Shown here in pieces: positions 36,941-50,612 of a stretch of DNA of 64,000 nucleotides (its first letter is position 1; each line of letters starts with the position of its first letter). The notes under the pieces were generated by a model, which worked only from the letters and a program-made list of their open reading frames with translations, had not been told where the DNA came from and searched no databases. Origin of the DNA: Tubulanus polymorphus (taxonomy: Eukaryota; Animalia; Nemertea); the NCBI RefSeq assembly GCF_964204645.1, contig NC_134025.1, positions 29,740,299-29,804,298 of the forward strand, read 5' to 3'. The position numbers and the translations under genes are program-made.

Positions 36941-39900
36941 GGACAGTCCAAATAGAACCCTTTGATGCAACGATATGGAATCAAATAAGCTAATGATAAA
37001 ACTGCCCATGAGCGAACGTAGTCATAAACGATAGAAAATGAGGTTTCAGTTTGCGATGAATAATCCGACATTGCAGAGGTTTCCTCTGAAATGTCAATTT
37101 CTGTCTGAGCTTAAAATCAAATATATGAAAATGATGCGTTTGTCTATATTTGCGATAGTTCTTTACGAAATAAATAGACATGTCAACAATGATCAATTTC
37201 CAGTAATAGACAATTAATTTTCAGATATTCCGCGCGATTCGGCGAAATTGCAAAATCACTCTGATGCAGAAACTAACATAATTACAATGTTTCGATCAGT
37301 CGAATCGTGATGAGTAAATCGTGATAATTTGCAATTTATTTAATCGTTACGTGTAAGTGCGTTTTCATTGAATTCCGATGCGATTTTTAATGAGACACTT
37401 GTTTTGTCTGCGCGTATTTTTTGTCATATTTCCAGACTGTTCAAGATTGTTGCTTCAAGACACGCAAGAAGTTTTGTTTTATTACATAAAACACGCGATA
37501 GAATCTCGCTGCTGCCTCGTGGTCGAGAAAATGTCAACGTTGAACGGAAATGGAAGAAACAACAAACGACACGCCTACTAAAAAATTCCATCTTTATTCG
37601 GTATTTCCAGCCATTATTGAGATTAATTTCATGGTTGATGTACAATTGCCTTCGCGAAACGGAAGAATTAATTGATTCCATTATGAATATACATGTAACC
37701 CCGTGGCGCTGTTACTGAGACGTTTGCGCTAATTATGATATACCTGGGGTAAAAACCATCTCAAGAGTTTTACTGTAGATAATAGTTGTATTCATTCGGA
37801 ATTCGACGAAACAGTGCGAAAGGGGGTAAAGTGAAGTCAACTGTAGAGCAGTGGTTCGGTTTGTCTTATCACACGCTGTTTCGATGTGGCTAATTTATGT
37901 TAGATGGATTGAATACACGTTTATTTGTAAATATATATTCATAAAGCTAAATGCTTTAAAACCAGTAACGCGCATAATATTGTAGAACAGTCGGACTCAC
38001 TGAGTCAATAGAATTACACCGAGCTGTAGGTATATAGTAGTGAAATTTAATGAGTTTTATTAGTTCTGAAAATTAGAATAAGTGGTAAATTAAACCCGCG
38101 AAACGGCGAGGATTCTCATTGGAGGTATTGTTTGTTCGCCGATGAAGATCAAACCTGGGTCGGTGATAATACGAAGCAATTTCTCAGTTGAGCGTATTGA
38201 TCAATTCATCAGGAGTAAGCAATGTGTATTGCAGTCTGTGCCATTGCCAGTTACCACAGAGACGACTTAAATCCAATCAGTCAGTGAAGAAAAATTGCTA
38301 ACTTTCTGACAAATGAATGTTAGACATAGTACACTACGGTAGAACTTTATTTATACGGGATTTACCGCACGCCCCTTTCGGATTTTCGTGAGAAAACATT
38401 AACTTATTAGTGAACAGTGCAATCATAGAGTTTCAGAAATTGGTGTTATTTATTGGTATCGTCAAGTTCCAGAGTGAAATATAATCTTCGAATCCACGTT
38501 TGACGTGCGACTGTAGTTAGAATGATCATACGACTATTCAGATCATCAAACTGTTAAGGATGTTTCTCGGATAGCTACGACTGGATTTATTCTATCTATA
38601 TATTGTGAAGTTGAAGTCATAAACGAGTGAAACAATGGTAAGTTTTCTTTTATTTCTTATATCAAAATACAGAAAAACAGTAGATTTATAGAGTTAATAA
38701 CTGAAGATTTATCGCAAAAGGAATTGGTTTGCGTTGATAAATCATCAAAGCCTTCTAGCTAATTTCGAATTGAAGTCATTTTCACACAGAAAATCTCCAT
38801 AAATAAATGATAAATTCTCTCTTTTGCCCGGATTCTGCGATGCATTCTCTACTCTACTGGTTTGTAATCACATTATTTGGTTTAAACATTTTTCAAAAGA
38901 ATTGTACTTGTTAATTTTTAACGATTCACAAGCACTATTTCTGTCGAGATCGCGTTTTTATTTAACCGTTTCAGAGCGTCACGTAAAATAGCGGAACAAA
39001 CGCCATAAACAATCGCAAATGTATTATTCATTTTTTTTCTGCCAAGCGACGAAAACTGTTGAGATTTTGATTTCTAAAATCTTAAGAAAGTGTAGAGAAA
39101 CATACACAGGGTATCGAGGTCTAATGGCATTTCAACTTGTTTTAAGATAATGTTTTAACCATCGCGTCATCTTTTCAAGACGTTCTGTCAGCGATCATCA
39201 CAGACCGTCGTCGTCTAATTCATGCAAAAATAATCAAGTCTTTGATGCGTTAAAAGCACATCGTCAGTCTTAACCATTCACCCGCATTAAATCAACATTA
39301 AACTGATTAATTATGTCGACAGTTGCAAACACCTAAAACAAGTTACTTTACGAAAAAAAATGATTCTATTAATTTTGTGTAGACAGTTTTGATCGTGTTT
39401 CCCTGCAGGCCCTAGACACGATATTAATAGTGGGGACATTAAAAAAAAAAGTTTTCAACGAGAAATTTTCGATTTCATTTTCATCTCGTTGAAATAAATG
39501 ATTCATTAATTCTAACATCTGTTGGATGATAATTTGTAATAATTCCATTACGTCTGAGTCTATTTTTCACATCACGGAATTTTCATCAGTACGCCATTAA
39601 ATTCTGATTGCGTTTCGGGGAATATAATTCTAATAGCTTCCGCACAGCGCGGTTGGTCCTCACTCACATCATTTACAATATGTTTTCTTCATAATACGAT
39701 CTATTTATTTCGTGTTGAAGCAACCACCACTGATTTGTATTGAAGAAGGGAATCGACCGCAAATAGATTAATGGAATTTTTCTCGAGGGGAGGGGAGGGG
39801 GTTAATATACTGAAGCAAGAGGTTTGTGTGTTTTTCAACAGCCCCAAGCGTTAGAGGCTTCTTACAGAAGAAACGTCGTCTAACTCCATCCTCACGTTCT

Positions 39901-41389
39901 GTTAAACGAATCCTGTACTGACGACGGGACCAACGATGTTGAAGCCTTTCAGTCACGTGGTACGCGTTGAACACTTCGTACAGCGATATCTGGATTGACT
40001 CAATAAAGTTCAACCCACACAGGACCCACAGATCTTACTTGATCAAATTAAACTGTTGAAGTCGATACAATTTGTGGATGTTATTGAGAATGGCATTTTG
40101 AGACCAGTAGACTCGTGGGAATTTTCTGAAAGCCGCGGCAATTTAGAAATTACATTATGTACATTATCTCTGTAAATTGATTGCTAATTTTGCAATAGGT
40201 TTTCATGTTTTGGAGATCTCTCTTTTGACTATCACATAATCTATGATTCTAGTTCGTTGGGCATTTCAATGAAAATGCAGGTACGTTTAGATAAGCTAAA
40301 TACCAGACTCAAACGGGTAAACTGTATGCGCAGTTAAGCGATATACATTGCTCAAAATATTCTGTCCATCCTTGGGAACTGATCCGGGGCTTACTAGTTC
40401 ACAGTATGGAGCTGCGCATTATATCGTGTATGTATTCATGACTATGGACGAATCTAATCACAATAACTGTTTACAGATAAGACTATAGATTTCTGATGAC
40501 ACTGCCGCTCATGCGCGAGATATGCACAGAAAAGAAAAACTTTTACGCAATTTATACTGATCACTAACATCAATCAGACTATTGACTTTACTGGAAGATA
40601 CAGCAAAGGAGACATTCATTATGCATGTATCATGAGAGAAACTACTTATAAAAGCCTTTTGAATCCGATGTTATGAATATTCAATGTGTACGTATATTGG
40701 TAGATACCGCCAGTAATTACTCGATTTATTATTCCTGGGTTCCAACTCAACATGCAATAAATTACGGATAATATGATAATCAATGATGATTCTACCCCAA
40801 AAGAAGGTTGTCATTAGAACAACATCGTTATTGAGGCCATCATTTAACTCGTCGGTCCTACTTCGAATTATACTTAAGAGGACGACAGGGCAGTAACGCA
40901 CCAGTGAGTTAGACAAGAGCCGGACTTATAGGTTAACCTTGTTTATTAATGGTGCTTCAAACTAATGGCATTAAGGCATGACGGCATAATTCAGCTGGGG
41001 TGACTTTTACGTATAGCAATGTATCTTGTACCGAGATTCAATAACATTGACGTTGATATGTATGATCATCAGTAATCTTTGAACCCCTAACTTCATCAGG
41101 GCACATAACAACTTTTATCAGTCTAGTTATGTTGGCAGCACGTCGCATTTCCATCAGTGAAGTTGGCAGCTTTGTCTTAACTAGTTACGCACTGAGCGGG
41201 GTAAGGACTAGATGGTGGTTTGTGAAGTCCTTGCGATGCTTACTACACGTCGTTATTGCTATTTTTAACGATGTTCCTCGCCTGTGCATTCCTCTGCTCT
41301 ACCACTAAATCTTACACGACGAATGTTCTCTGCAAAATATACATATTTTTGAAACAAATACATTTTAGAGCTTTTGTTGTCACGTATAT

Positions 41390-41625
41390 CAGGGGTGGAT
41401 CCTGAAACTGGAATTGGGGGTCCAAAACTTCAGACAAAAAGTAAATTGAACCTTAGGCGCCTTAGCCTTTTAAGGGGTTTCTTGGGTCCACCCCAAGAAA
41501 ACCTAGAAATAGGATCATTTTCAGGGCATCTTGAACCATTCTAAAATGAAATTATTAGCAATAGTGTTATCTTGGCAAGAAATAGGGCGGAACGCTCCCG
41601 CCCCTTAAACCCCGTAGATCTATGA
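41390..41625. mobile_element. Possible degenerate non-autonomous DNA transposon
   Basis: Starts caggggtggatcctg and ends ..ccgcccccttaaaccccgtagatcta, a G-rich to C-rich polarity typical of such elements. The TIR match is poor. Confidence 0.3.
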
Positions 41626-44600
41626 GTTTTGCCAAGTTTTGCGGGGAATTTATAATGAGATTGACCGGAAATGGACATTTTTCAAAAGGTGATAACAGAC
41701 CAAATGTTTATCGCTACCACACAATATGCAAATAGTTCGTTTCCAGAAAATTATCAAAACAATTATCACAAATGGTTTTAAAAACAGCCCCGAGTTCATT
41801 AAACCATGAAACACCCTGGGAAATCGCAAACAGAAAAAACTAAGTGCATTAACTTGTTGTTTGTGATGATATTCATGCACAATTATACATTCACAACAGA
41901 TGCACTTGTGAGATAATTGCTGACAGTAGGTTTACCACTGAACTATATCCGGTAACTCCTCATTATTATTTCAGTCTTCTCTTTTTGACGTCTTGGCTTT
42001 GACAGATTCCCGGTCCTTGCAACAACTCTGAGTGCATGAGCAACTGGTTTATTACCAGTCGCTGGAGGAAGATGGTCGAGGAAAGTAAACTGTGACAGTT
42101 CAACTCGCTGTCTGTGATACTCCTTACCATGAGAGAAAATATATACATATACGTAGCATGCACAAAGGACAAATGATATGTAGATTAATCAAACACAATC
42201 TTGTGTCAGTAAGACTAATGCCTAATGTATTTTCCTAAACAATTAGATAGCTCAACGTAATTGAAGAGACACGATATGTATGCTTAACCAAATGCAGAGA
42301 TAAGAATTACCTCTGAAACCTATTCACCATTTTCGTTTGCCAATTTATTTCCTTTGTCAAATCGCGGTCATAGGGCATGAGTCCGGAGAACCTACCTAAT
42401 TTAGTCATAGAACCATCAATGAATCCAGGCAGCGATGCGTGCGATGAGAAGTGTCACAAATGGTAATGAAATGATACCTCGTCCTACACTGTTGCAAATC
42501 CCGTAGAATAAAACGTTGAAGGCAGGACTCTACCGGTTTCCGAGTTAATGGTCGAAAAAATAAGACCAGGAAGGAACAAGTCATCTGTAACTAATCAATA
42601 GACATGTCATATCGGGCCGACTGCAGATTTTGACAATTGATGTTGATGGTATTGATATAACCAGTGCTATTACTCTCTGTCCTCGTCAACACCACGCTAC
42701 GTTTGATGATACTCTATTCGAAATATTAATCAGAAAATGTTTTAAGTGAAATGTTACGGAAATGTTACACTCTCTTTCAACTGCTAATTACTACCATCAG
42801 GACTTCAGTCTAGAGTCTAGGGAATATCTGTTGACTAAACAATTTCAAAATAGACTTCTCAAAACTGTTTGACTAATCTACGCCACCGCAATCACGGGAA
42901 TATAGGTATTTGTAAAGCCTATACGCAGTACCAGGGAATCTGATATCATTTTCCCTCACTGTCTTGACACGAGAAGGCCGCACACGAAGGACTAATAAAG
43001 GTTAATATTCTGTGGCTTATCAAATTATTGACGAATCTTCTCTACATTATCTATGTCCACTTATAGAAATGATCAGTCCGCTGTAATGAAATTTGACACA
43101 TCAAGAGCGAAATCGAGATATGGCCGCAGAAGTATGACTTTATGGTAATTGGGTTCGTGGATATGGAAAATAAGAAGAACCAACTGAAGACGTTTTCGAT
43201 TTCTATGGATTTAATGATCTACAGCTCGCGGCCAAGAATCTTTCTCTAAACACCGGACATCTTTGATCAATGCGGAAAATCTTACATATATCGCTACGTG
43301 ACCCCGAGCAATTGAAATCCCAAAGAGAAACGTAGAAGATCAATCGTATGCCATTCTTTGACGCTTTTTCTCGCATATAGTGTTAAACGCAGTGAGCGTA
43401 AGAAAAGAAAGAATTCCTGCCAACTTTTTATGTATGATTGGGGAATCTTTCAATAACAAAATACCCGCCGGGAATAGTGGCTGTCAGTTCGTGTGGTCAG
43501 ATACATCCGCAATGGTTTAACTCTTTAGATCAGGCCTTTGGTCAATAAATAATCGCAAAACGGCTGAGCTAAGTAGAGGACCGACGTGACTACTGATCAA
43601 ACATCGCTGTCATGTCGCGTTTTTCTAGATTTCCAAGTCACTCAATATTTTATACACACTTTTATGTATATACTACTTGTATATACCCTCCGCGCTATGA
43701 CCCTACTGTTGGATTGACATGACCGCTTCCTACACTTTTATGATACGGCGCGATCAGAAATTTCATTATCTTTGATAGAAATTTATATCACATATTAATT
43801 TACTCTGTCACTGGCGCTATTATCATGTTCATTTGAACATCGGCGTAAAATATATCTTGATGAAGAATATGCGATCTGTGTTCATTAGTCATATCCGATG
43901 ATGAATGTAGCCATGCTTGTTTTTGGTTTTTTTTTACTGAGGAATTTTTAATTCCCGGACGAGCCCCAAATATCCGCTATCAATTCCCAATTTCTGGAAG
44001 CAACTCCAAGGTCGAAATGTCTCCACAAAAGAAGGGCGACGCCAGAGGTATATGTTACATCTACGGAACGTTTATCTGTAAGTGCTGTGACTAACGCGGA
44101 ACTGCCTCCAGGTCAGTTACAGAGATATAAGTCCAATTTATACGAGTTAATCTAGCATAACATAACAAATCGATTGAAATTCAACCACAATCAGTCAAGT
44201 AGACTTTACACACTATTTACAATAACTCGAGCTGGTAACAATGTAGACAAAATTCGTACTTCAAAGTGATGAGTTCGAGGTATTTCCCCTAAAACCAACC
44301 ACTCTTTGTAATTCTATGGAGAAGTAGATATCTGTGGAAAAGACCCACGAGTGACAGATTTAGCTCCAGAGTTAGCGGAATGTTATGAGAAATCTTCAAG
44401 ATTCCCCGTCTCCTTCTGTCCTGTACTTTTGGCATTCACCAAACCATCATCGTCACCTATAGCAAGTATTCACTGAAATTACACGTATTGTTCATAGGCG
44501 CCACATTGGACGTAAAATGGCTGTCAACTGTGACTTCAATCAATATCTCGCGGTCGACACAATGTGACTTCAGTTGCATTTCCTCTATAACGGTCCATTT

Positions 44601-47432
44601 TCCAGCTGCACCCATAAGTTTAACCTCGGATTCACCCCTGATTTCCATCGTCACCAACGAAATACAACCGTCTTCGAAATCTTTCCAGCAACGTGGCGAC
44701 GAAGCAGGCATTTACTCGGACCAATTAAAGCAAAATAGTTACTGTATATATTTCATCCACAACTGATCAAGGTTATATGACGGCATTTTGGTATAGAACT
44801 GGTATCATCGAGTCACCTCAGCAATTACAAAACTCAAACCTAGAAACGACGAAAAACGAAAAAAAGAGTAGAATGAACATCAGTGTAACGAAGTGTTTAT
44901 GAGCATTTACTGATGGCACGGAATTGACTAATCCTTGATATGTCACCGGATAATTTATTGCTCCCTAAGACCCAATAGTTACTGATAGCAAAATAATCAC
45001 CAATTTCCAACGCTACAGGAACAACTGGGGTCTTTTCGGACACAAAGCAAAACGTATTTTAAATGATGCAGATGTACACGTACCAAATCAAGATGAGACA
45101 TCCACAACGTTATAAACACGAACTGAAGATTCGCCGAGAATTTCTACTATTTTTTTGAACCGACGATTATCGATGATTGATCGATTTACGAATATAAAAT
45201 CTGAGAAAAGTGGAATCCGTTTGCATTAAACGAATTGAGTATTTGAGGCGAACTTTTTTTGATGTCTAATCCGTTCCATTAACACCGCGCAGTCAGTGAT
45301 CAATACATCGCAATATACCGTGACGAAACATTTGAAAAAAATAATATTCACACAGAAACCATTAAATAATGTTTACCATCAATCAGTGTAATACTAGGAA
45401 AGGGATTCAAAGCTGCAATGTGTGTTGAAGTGTCATAATGCATCTAAGCCAAAGAATAGTAATGAATGAAATCACGAGACAGTGGTATGGCAACCAAACA
45501 TAAGAGTTTGGTTTGAAGCAGTTGAGAATCAATTCCCGAGTCAGATGAAATCATTAACGCAAGCTGAAGCCTACACTCAAAGCGTAAAGCTGTTTAACCT
45601 TTTTATATTCAATCGATTTCGACGCTACCGAATAATTAGACTGCGATTGGCACGAAATTCTAAAAACACGAATCTTAAGTTACCGATTTTGATTTCGATA
45701 AGAAGCCGCGGTTCGGATTAATATTGAGCCAATAATTTCCATATGGAATTGACTCTCTCGTGCCGGCTCAGACAGCAATCGAAGAATTTTCGGAATTTTT
45801 CTCTACCAGCTCCGCATTTTAATCGGAAAAAGAAGATTGCCGCACGAAAAAAAAACTGATTACAGAATATTCAACTAGATGACGAGTATTGATGATCGTA
45901 GCGAACCTTTTTCAGATCAACATCAAAGCGTATTTTCGTCTGGGATTATGGAAGAAAGGGGACACTTACTCAACGAGAACTCCTTGATATATGATCATAT
46001 GGCACCTATGATAAAGAGAAAATGCTAAGCTTTTGGACATTCGGCTCCCGACGGCAAAGTGTAAAAAGAGGTGTAACTAGGAATTACTGACTAAATAGAA
46101 TAAAGGTCAATAATGATCAATGCTCATTTTTATTCACAAGCTTCGTTCGTTGTTGAATCATGGCTGCGAGCTGGAAATTGATTGGAACCGATGAAGCGAC
46201 AACCCTGGGCAACATGTATAGTAGAAGAATAATAGAGCGCTGATCATCGAAAATCTACCTCCAACAACTCAACGTCTCATAGACACGAATTCTGTTTTTG
46301 AAAATCCCCGAATAGAAATTCGATTTGCCGCGATAAAAATCGACAGAAAATCAAATCCCGCAAGACGTGCGCGTGTGAACTGTTCTCGTTATGAAATATT
46401 AATTCCGAATCTGTTTCATGTCAAAAATAATAAAATTCAGACAGCCGAGCCGAGGCATGGTTTAATTTAGATCTCGTGATCCTGCGTTTGTGTTAGCGGT
46501 AAAGCGCGCGATGTGTGATGACTGTTTATCGTCTTTTGGGAAATATTTCACCACAGTTACTCGATCGTGTCCAGTCTACATTCATCAGTACCCACACACG
46601 CGTAGTTTGATTACCATCTTGCTCGCCGAAATCGAAATCTTTATCTCATAATTTCATGCTTTATGGATTGTTTTTCCTAGATACCGAACGCAGTAAATTG
46701 AGTCTTCGTGTCAACACCGAGTAGAGACGCTAATATCGCCTTGTGTAATATCACATCTTACATTTACAATCGTAACCACGACATGTAAAGACACCGCGAA
46801 GACATTTACCCGATGAGGATAAAAATCATAGTCATTTAAAGCCATAAATTGTCCACAAACAGCAGGCAAGATAATAAACACGGACATATTGAAACTCCTC
46901 TTGTTGTTTGCAACGTTGTTAACGACCTAATTGAATATATAAATCATATTAGATTGACTTTTCATTTTCGCATAGATTTATGATCTTCGTCGCCACAATA
47001 TCTTAGATAAGATTAGGCGCTGCCTTTTTCTTACATGATATATATTCATTAGTTAAAATTTCTTCTACGCGGCGCAGAAACGATTCAGCGTTTCGTTTTC
47101 TGACAGTTTACTAAGCCATGATTAACGTTATTATCACTAACTCCCAGAGACCAGCCTCAAAGAAAATGGCTGCGTATAATTTCCGGTTTCCCAATGGACA
47201 CATCTCACGAAATAATAACTAAACGAATGTAGCTTTTAGAGCGGTGCAAGAATTATCAATTTCGTGAAGTTGGCTCGAGGTAAATTTGCCGGCCATCCAT
47301 GTTCAAACTCTGTGGATACATAACAGAACTATCAAATAAACTCATCTGGGCTGAAAGATATTTACCGGGGAAGAACCGATGTCTGTTGACGTCTCATACA
47401 GGATTTGTAGCGTGTACGGCATTCAGGACTTC

Positions 47433-47690
47433 TTGATAACTTAGATTACGGATATGTCGATAGAAATATTCGAAATTTCCCTTCTCCCTTGGAAACGTGG
47501 CTGTTGAAAATTTGCCATCCAAGTCTAGTAATAGAATGAAGAAATACGTGACCTTCAGCATTTTTGATAACTTGGATTTCTGATATGTCGTTGAAAATTC
47601 TTGAAATTTCCCCTACTCCCTTAGAAACGTGGCTATTGAAAATAAGCCATCCAAGTTAAAGAGGATGAAGAATTAATAATGTGACCTTCA
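47433..47690. repeat. Tandem duplication with a period of about 131 bp (2 copies, plus a fragment near 47860)
   Basis: ttgataactt.gatt...gatatgtcg...gaaatttccct.ctccctt.gaaacgtggct.ttgaaaat..gccatccaagt...gtgaccttca occurs twice. Confidence 0.8.
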
Positions 47691-50535
47691 ATCCAATGTG
47701 CCAGACATGCATTGACGCAGGAAAGAAAGAAGTTTGTATCCTCGCGGACTAATCTGATCGATCACAGCTAATTTTATACGTAATACATATATTCGGTTTG
47801 ACAAGTATACATATGGGATATTTTGTCCGATGTCACAGGTCAAAATATGTCTTCAAAACATTTCCCTTCTCCCCTGGGAATGAACCTGTAAAAAATACAT
47901 TTTCAAATGTATTACGGAAAAAAGACAAAGAAAACGAAAGCAACAAAATCCACCGTTAAGCTTTAAACATAAAAACTGAAGTCTTTAAGTCGTTTAAAGT
48001 AGGGACTGATGTTATCATTTAATGGCGCATAAACGAGTAATCCTCGTACTCAGATACCGTTTTATTGAAAAGATAAGAGATTCACTATAAAGGGGAAAAA
48101 TAATTACGACATTTCCGAGAATAGACTGAATTTTTTCCACCAAGCTTGTTGGTGGTATATGACGATATTCATGTCAACACGAATAGTATCAATCAAATGT
48201 CACAGTCGATGTATCTCGTATCACGTTTCAAAGCGCTGCTATATTTTCTTTTTTTGCCGAGAATGTCAACAAAACCCGAATAATTAGATCAAAAAATGTC
48301 ACGAAAAGCCACCGAGACGTCAGAAATAATCATAGCGGACAGTGGTTCCTAATTTACTTTTCATAAATCTATCCCTAATCACTGCACATCATATAATCTG
48401 AGTATCTACGTGATTTAATTGTTATCAAGAGAGTTGATCAGATTTTCTCATCAGAGTTACCGCCACATTTCATGATTTCAGATCCGTTCGTCCTTTTTGA
48501 ACGTGCACGTGCTGTCATATTTCACGATTATTATATGTTTATACGAATAAACGATAATAATTCCTGCGAAAGAAAAATATTCATTCCGATATGTGACGGC
48601 AAACATAAGAAGGGAGGGTAGAAATCTAGCATTGGTGTGACATTAATTCATTGCTGATTTATTTTTCTTGAATATTTGACAATGTTTTTATGCGGAGGAT
48701 AATCTAGTGGTAAATGATCAAAGAAAGATCGATTTGATGTTGATATAAAGAATCTTATAAGTGAAAACAAGCATGATAAATGCCGTAGTTAGTCTCACTT
48801 TTAAAAATTCAATTTATTTTGTCCTTCAATGCGGCTTTTGACAAGATGGTTATTATCTGAAAACATGTTCGACGAGTCAAACTACACACACACACTAACT
48901 CACACACAAAGCATTTGTTTCAAACGTTTTCCAGAGTACCATACAGCATCTTTCTCATCCATCATCTTCGCCGTATCATAGGTCACCAAGGTATCGGCAG
49001 TTTTATCAGCTACCAAATACATCCTGACAGACATTTATAAATTATACCATTACCTAAATGATGAATTGTCAAATGTGATGTGAAAATTGAACCACTGTGT
49101 CTCTTCTCATGTCTTGCAGCCACAAAAGATTGTATTATATAAATGTCTCTATGCGACGATATAGAAATTACACGATGTGGAAACCGGGAAATGCAAGATT
49201 TCCTACATTTTCATTTATCATATTTACAAAGAAATAGTTCAGCATTAGTGATGAAAAAATGCACAAGCTTGATATATACATATTCAAGTTGTTTGCTATT
49301 AAAACAATTTCAATATGTATGAAGCTTATTTTTGGAGAATAAATGTTTTGATTGCTGATACATTTTATACAGTGACTGCAGCGCTTCTGTAAATATTTCG
49401 TTTGAAGAAAAAGATACGGTCTGGAGAAGAAAAAAAACACGAATTCAGCAATCATCGCCCAGTCCATGAAATGAGTGTCAAGCGGTTGTTTCTATCTCTC
49501 ATAATCTAAATGACTTTTCGTGTGGTAAGGACACGTGGCCGCAGTAGCGACTATCCATTCCAATAGGTTACAGATAACAGCTGCAGACGACTGGATTGTT
49601 TTCCGAATAGAATAACAAATCCTGGCGCGGAATGGCTGATCCGTTCTGAGCCTAAAACCAATGAGTTAATGAAACAGAATGTTGACCATATCGATATTAT
49701 TACTGATTTCCCGGCCGCTACTAGAATTGGTCAATAATTCAAATGATGTGGTATCATGGTTAATGGATGAGTTGTTGGGAAAACATTCAACGTTTACTTA
49801 GTTTATCCCGACTCGTAAATTTCGGATACCCTACGGACCTATCTCCACAGTATCCATGATTTTAGCGAGGGAGGGTACAGTCACAGTTTACCTGTTTCTT
49901 TATGCAAAGGTCTTTAAGCGGTATTAACGCATTTTCAATTTGTTGTCTTTGTTTACAACCGCGGGCTGAAAACAAACGAGAGGTCGAATTCACAACCAGG
50001 CGTCATCCATCATCAAAATGAATCGCCGTTTGACATGTATTCTCAAACCCGAAGAGTATGCATTATCAGCTTGGATTACTAATTTCGTTTTGTTTAAGGC
50101 GGCAGTTGAAAAAATATCATATTTTTATGCCACGACATTCTGCGGGAGGCGATGTCCACAGGTTTTGATAGAAGTTGTTGATGGATCGTTTCATTGTGTC
50201 GCTACAAATAGACGTCATCTCCTGATGGAGAGATCTTTACCTGTTAGTTGTGCCATCTATGTAGAAATGCTGGAATGACGGCTCGCAAACATGCATCAGA
50301 ACCGAGCTATCTCGAATTTACAGTATTCTGGACAGTTTTGCGATAGAAATAAAATATGATTATCATCAAAACATTATGCGAAATATTCCATTAATTTTGA
50401 CTATCTGGAAAGCAATTTGTAGCTCCACGTCGCACCAAATCCCTAACTCGAATTCCTTTTTTCTGGTCAGCTCAAAACCAAGCTTGACTGGTCGGCAAGC
50501 CTTAGTGGTCACCACAATGGGCTCATACAAAACCA

Positions 50536-50612
50536 ACAGCACAGTGATGTAGTAGTCAGCGCACAGGCCTCTGTAAATGCTGATATCCCAGGTTCGAGTC
50601 TAGGCGCTGGTT
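50536..50612 (+). pseudogene. Degenerate tRNA-like sequence, probably a tRNA-derived SINE head
   Basis: An A-box-like tgatgtagtagt and a B-box GGTTCGAGTC lie at tRNA-like spacing. The stems are imperfect and no anticodon can be assigned. Confidence 0.4.

Noticed and set aside
44457-44766. Paired antisense ORFs, with PRCWKDFEDGC faintly like a C-type lectin start
   Set aside because: The rest of the lectin Cys/Trp pattern is absent and there is no convincing exon structure.
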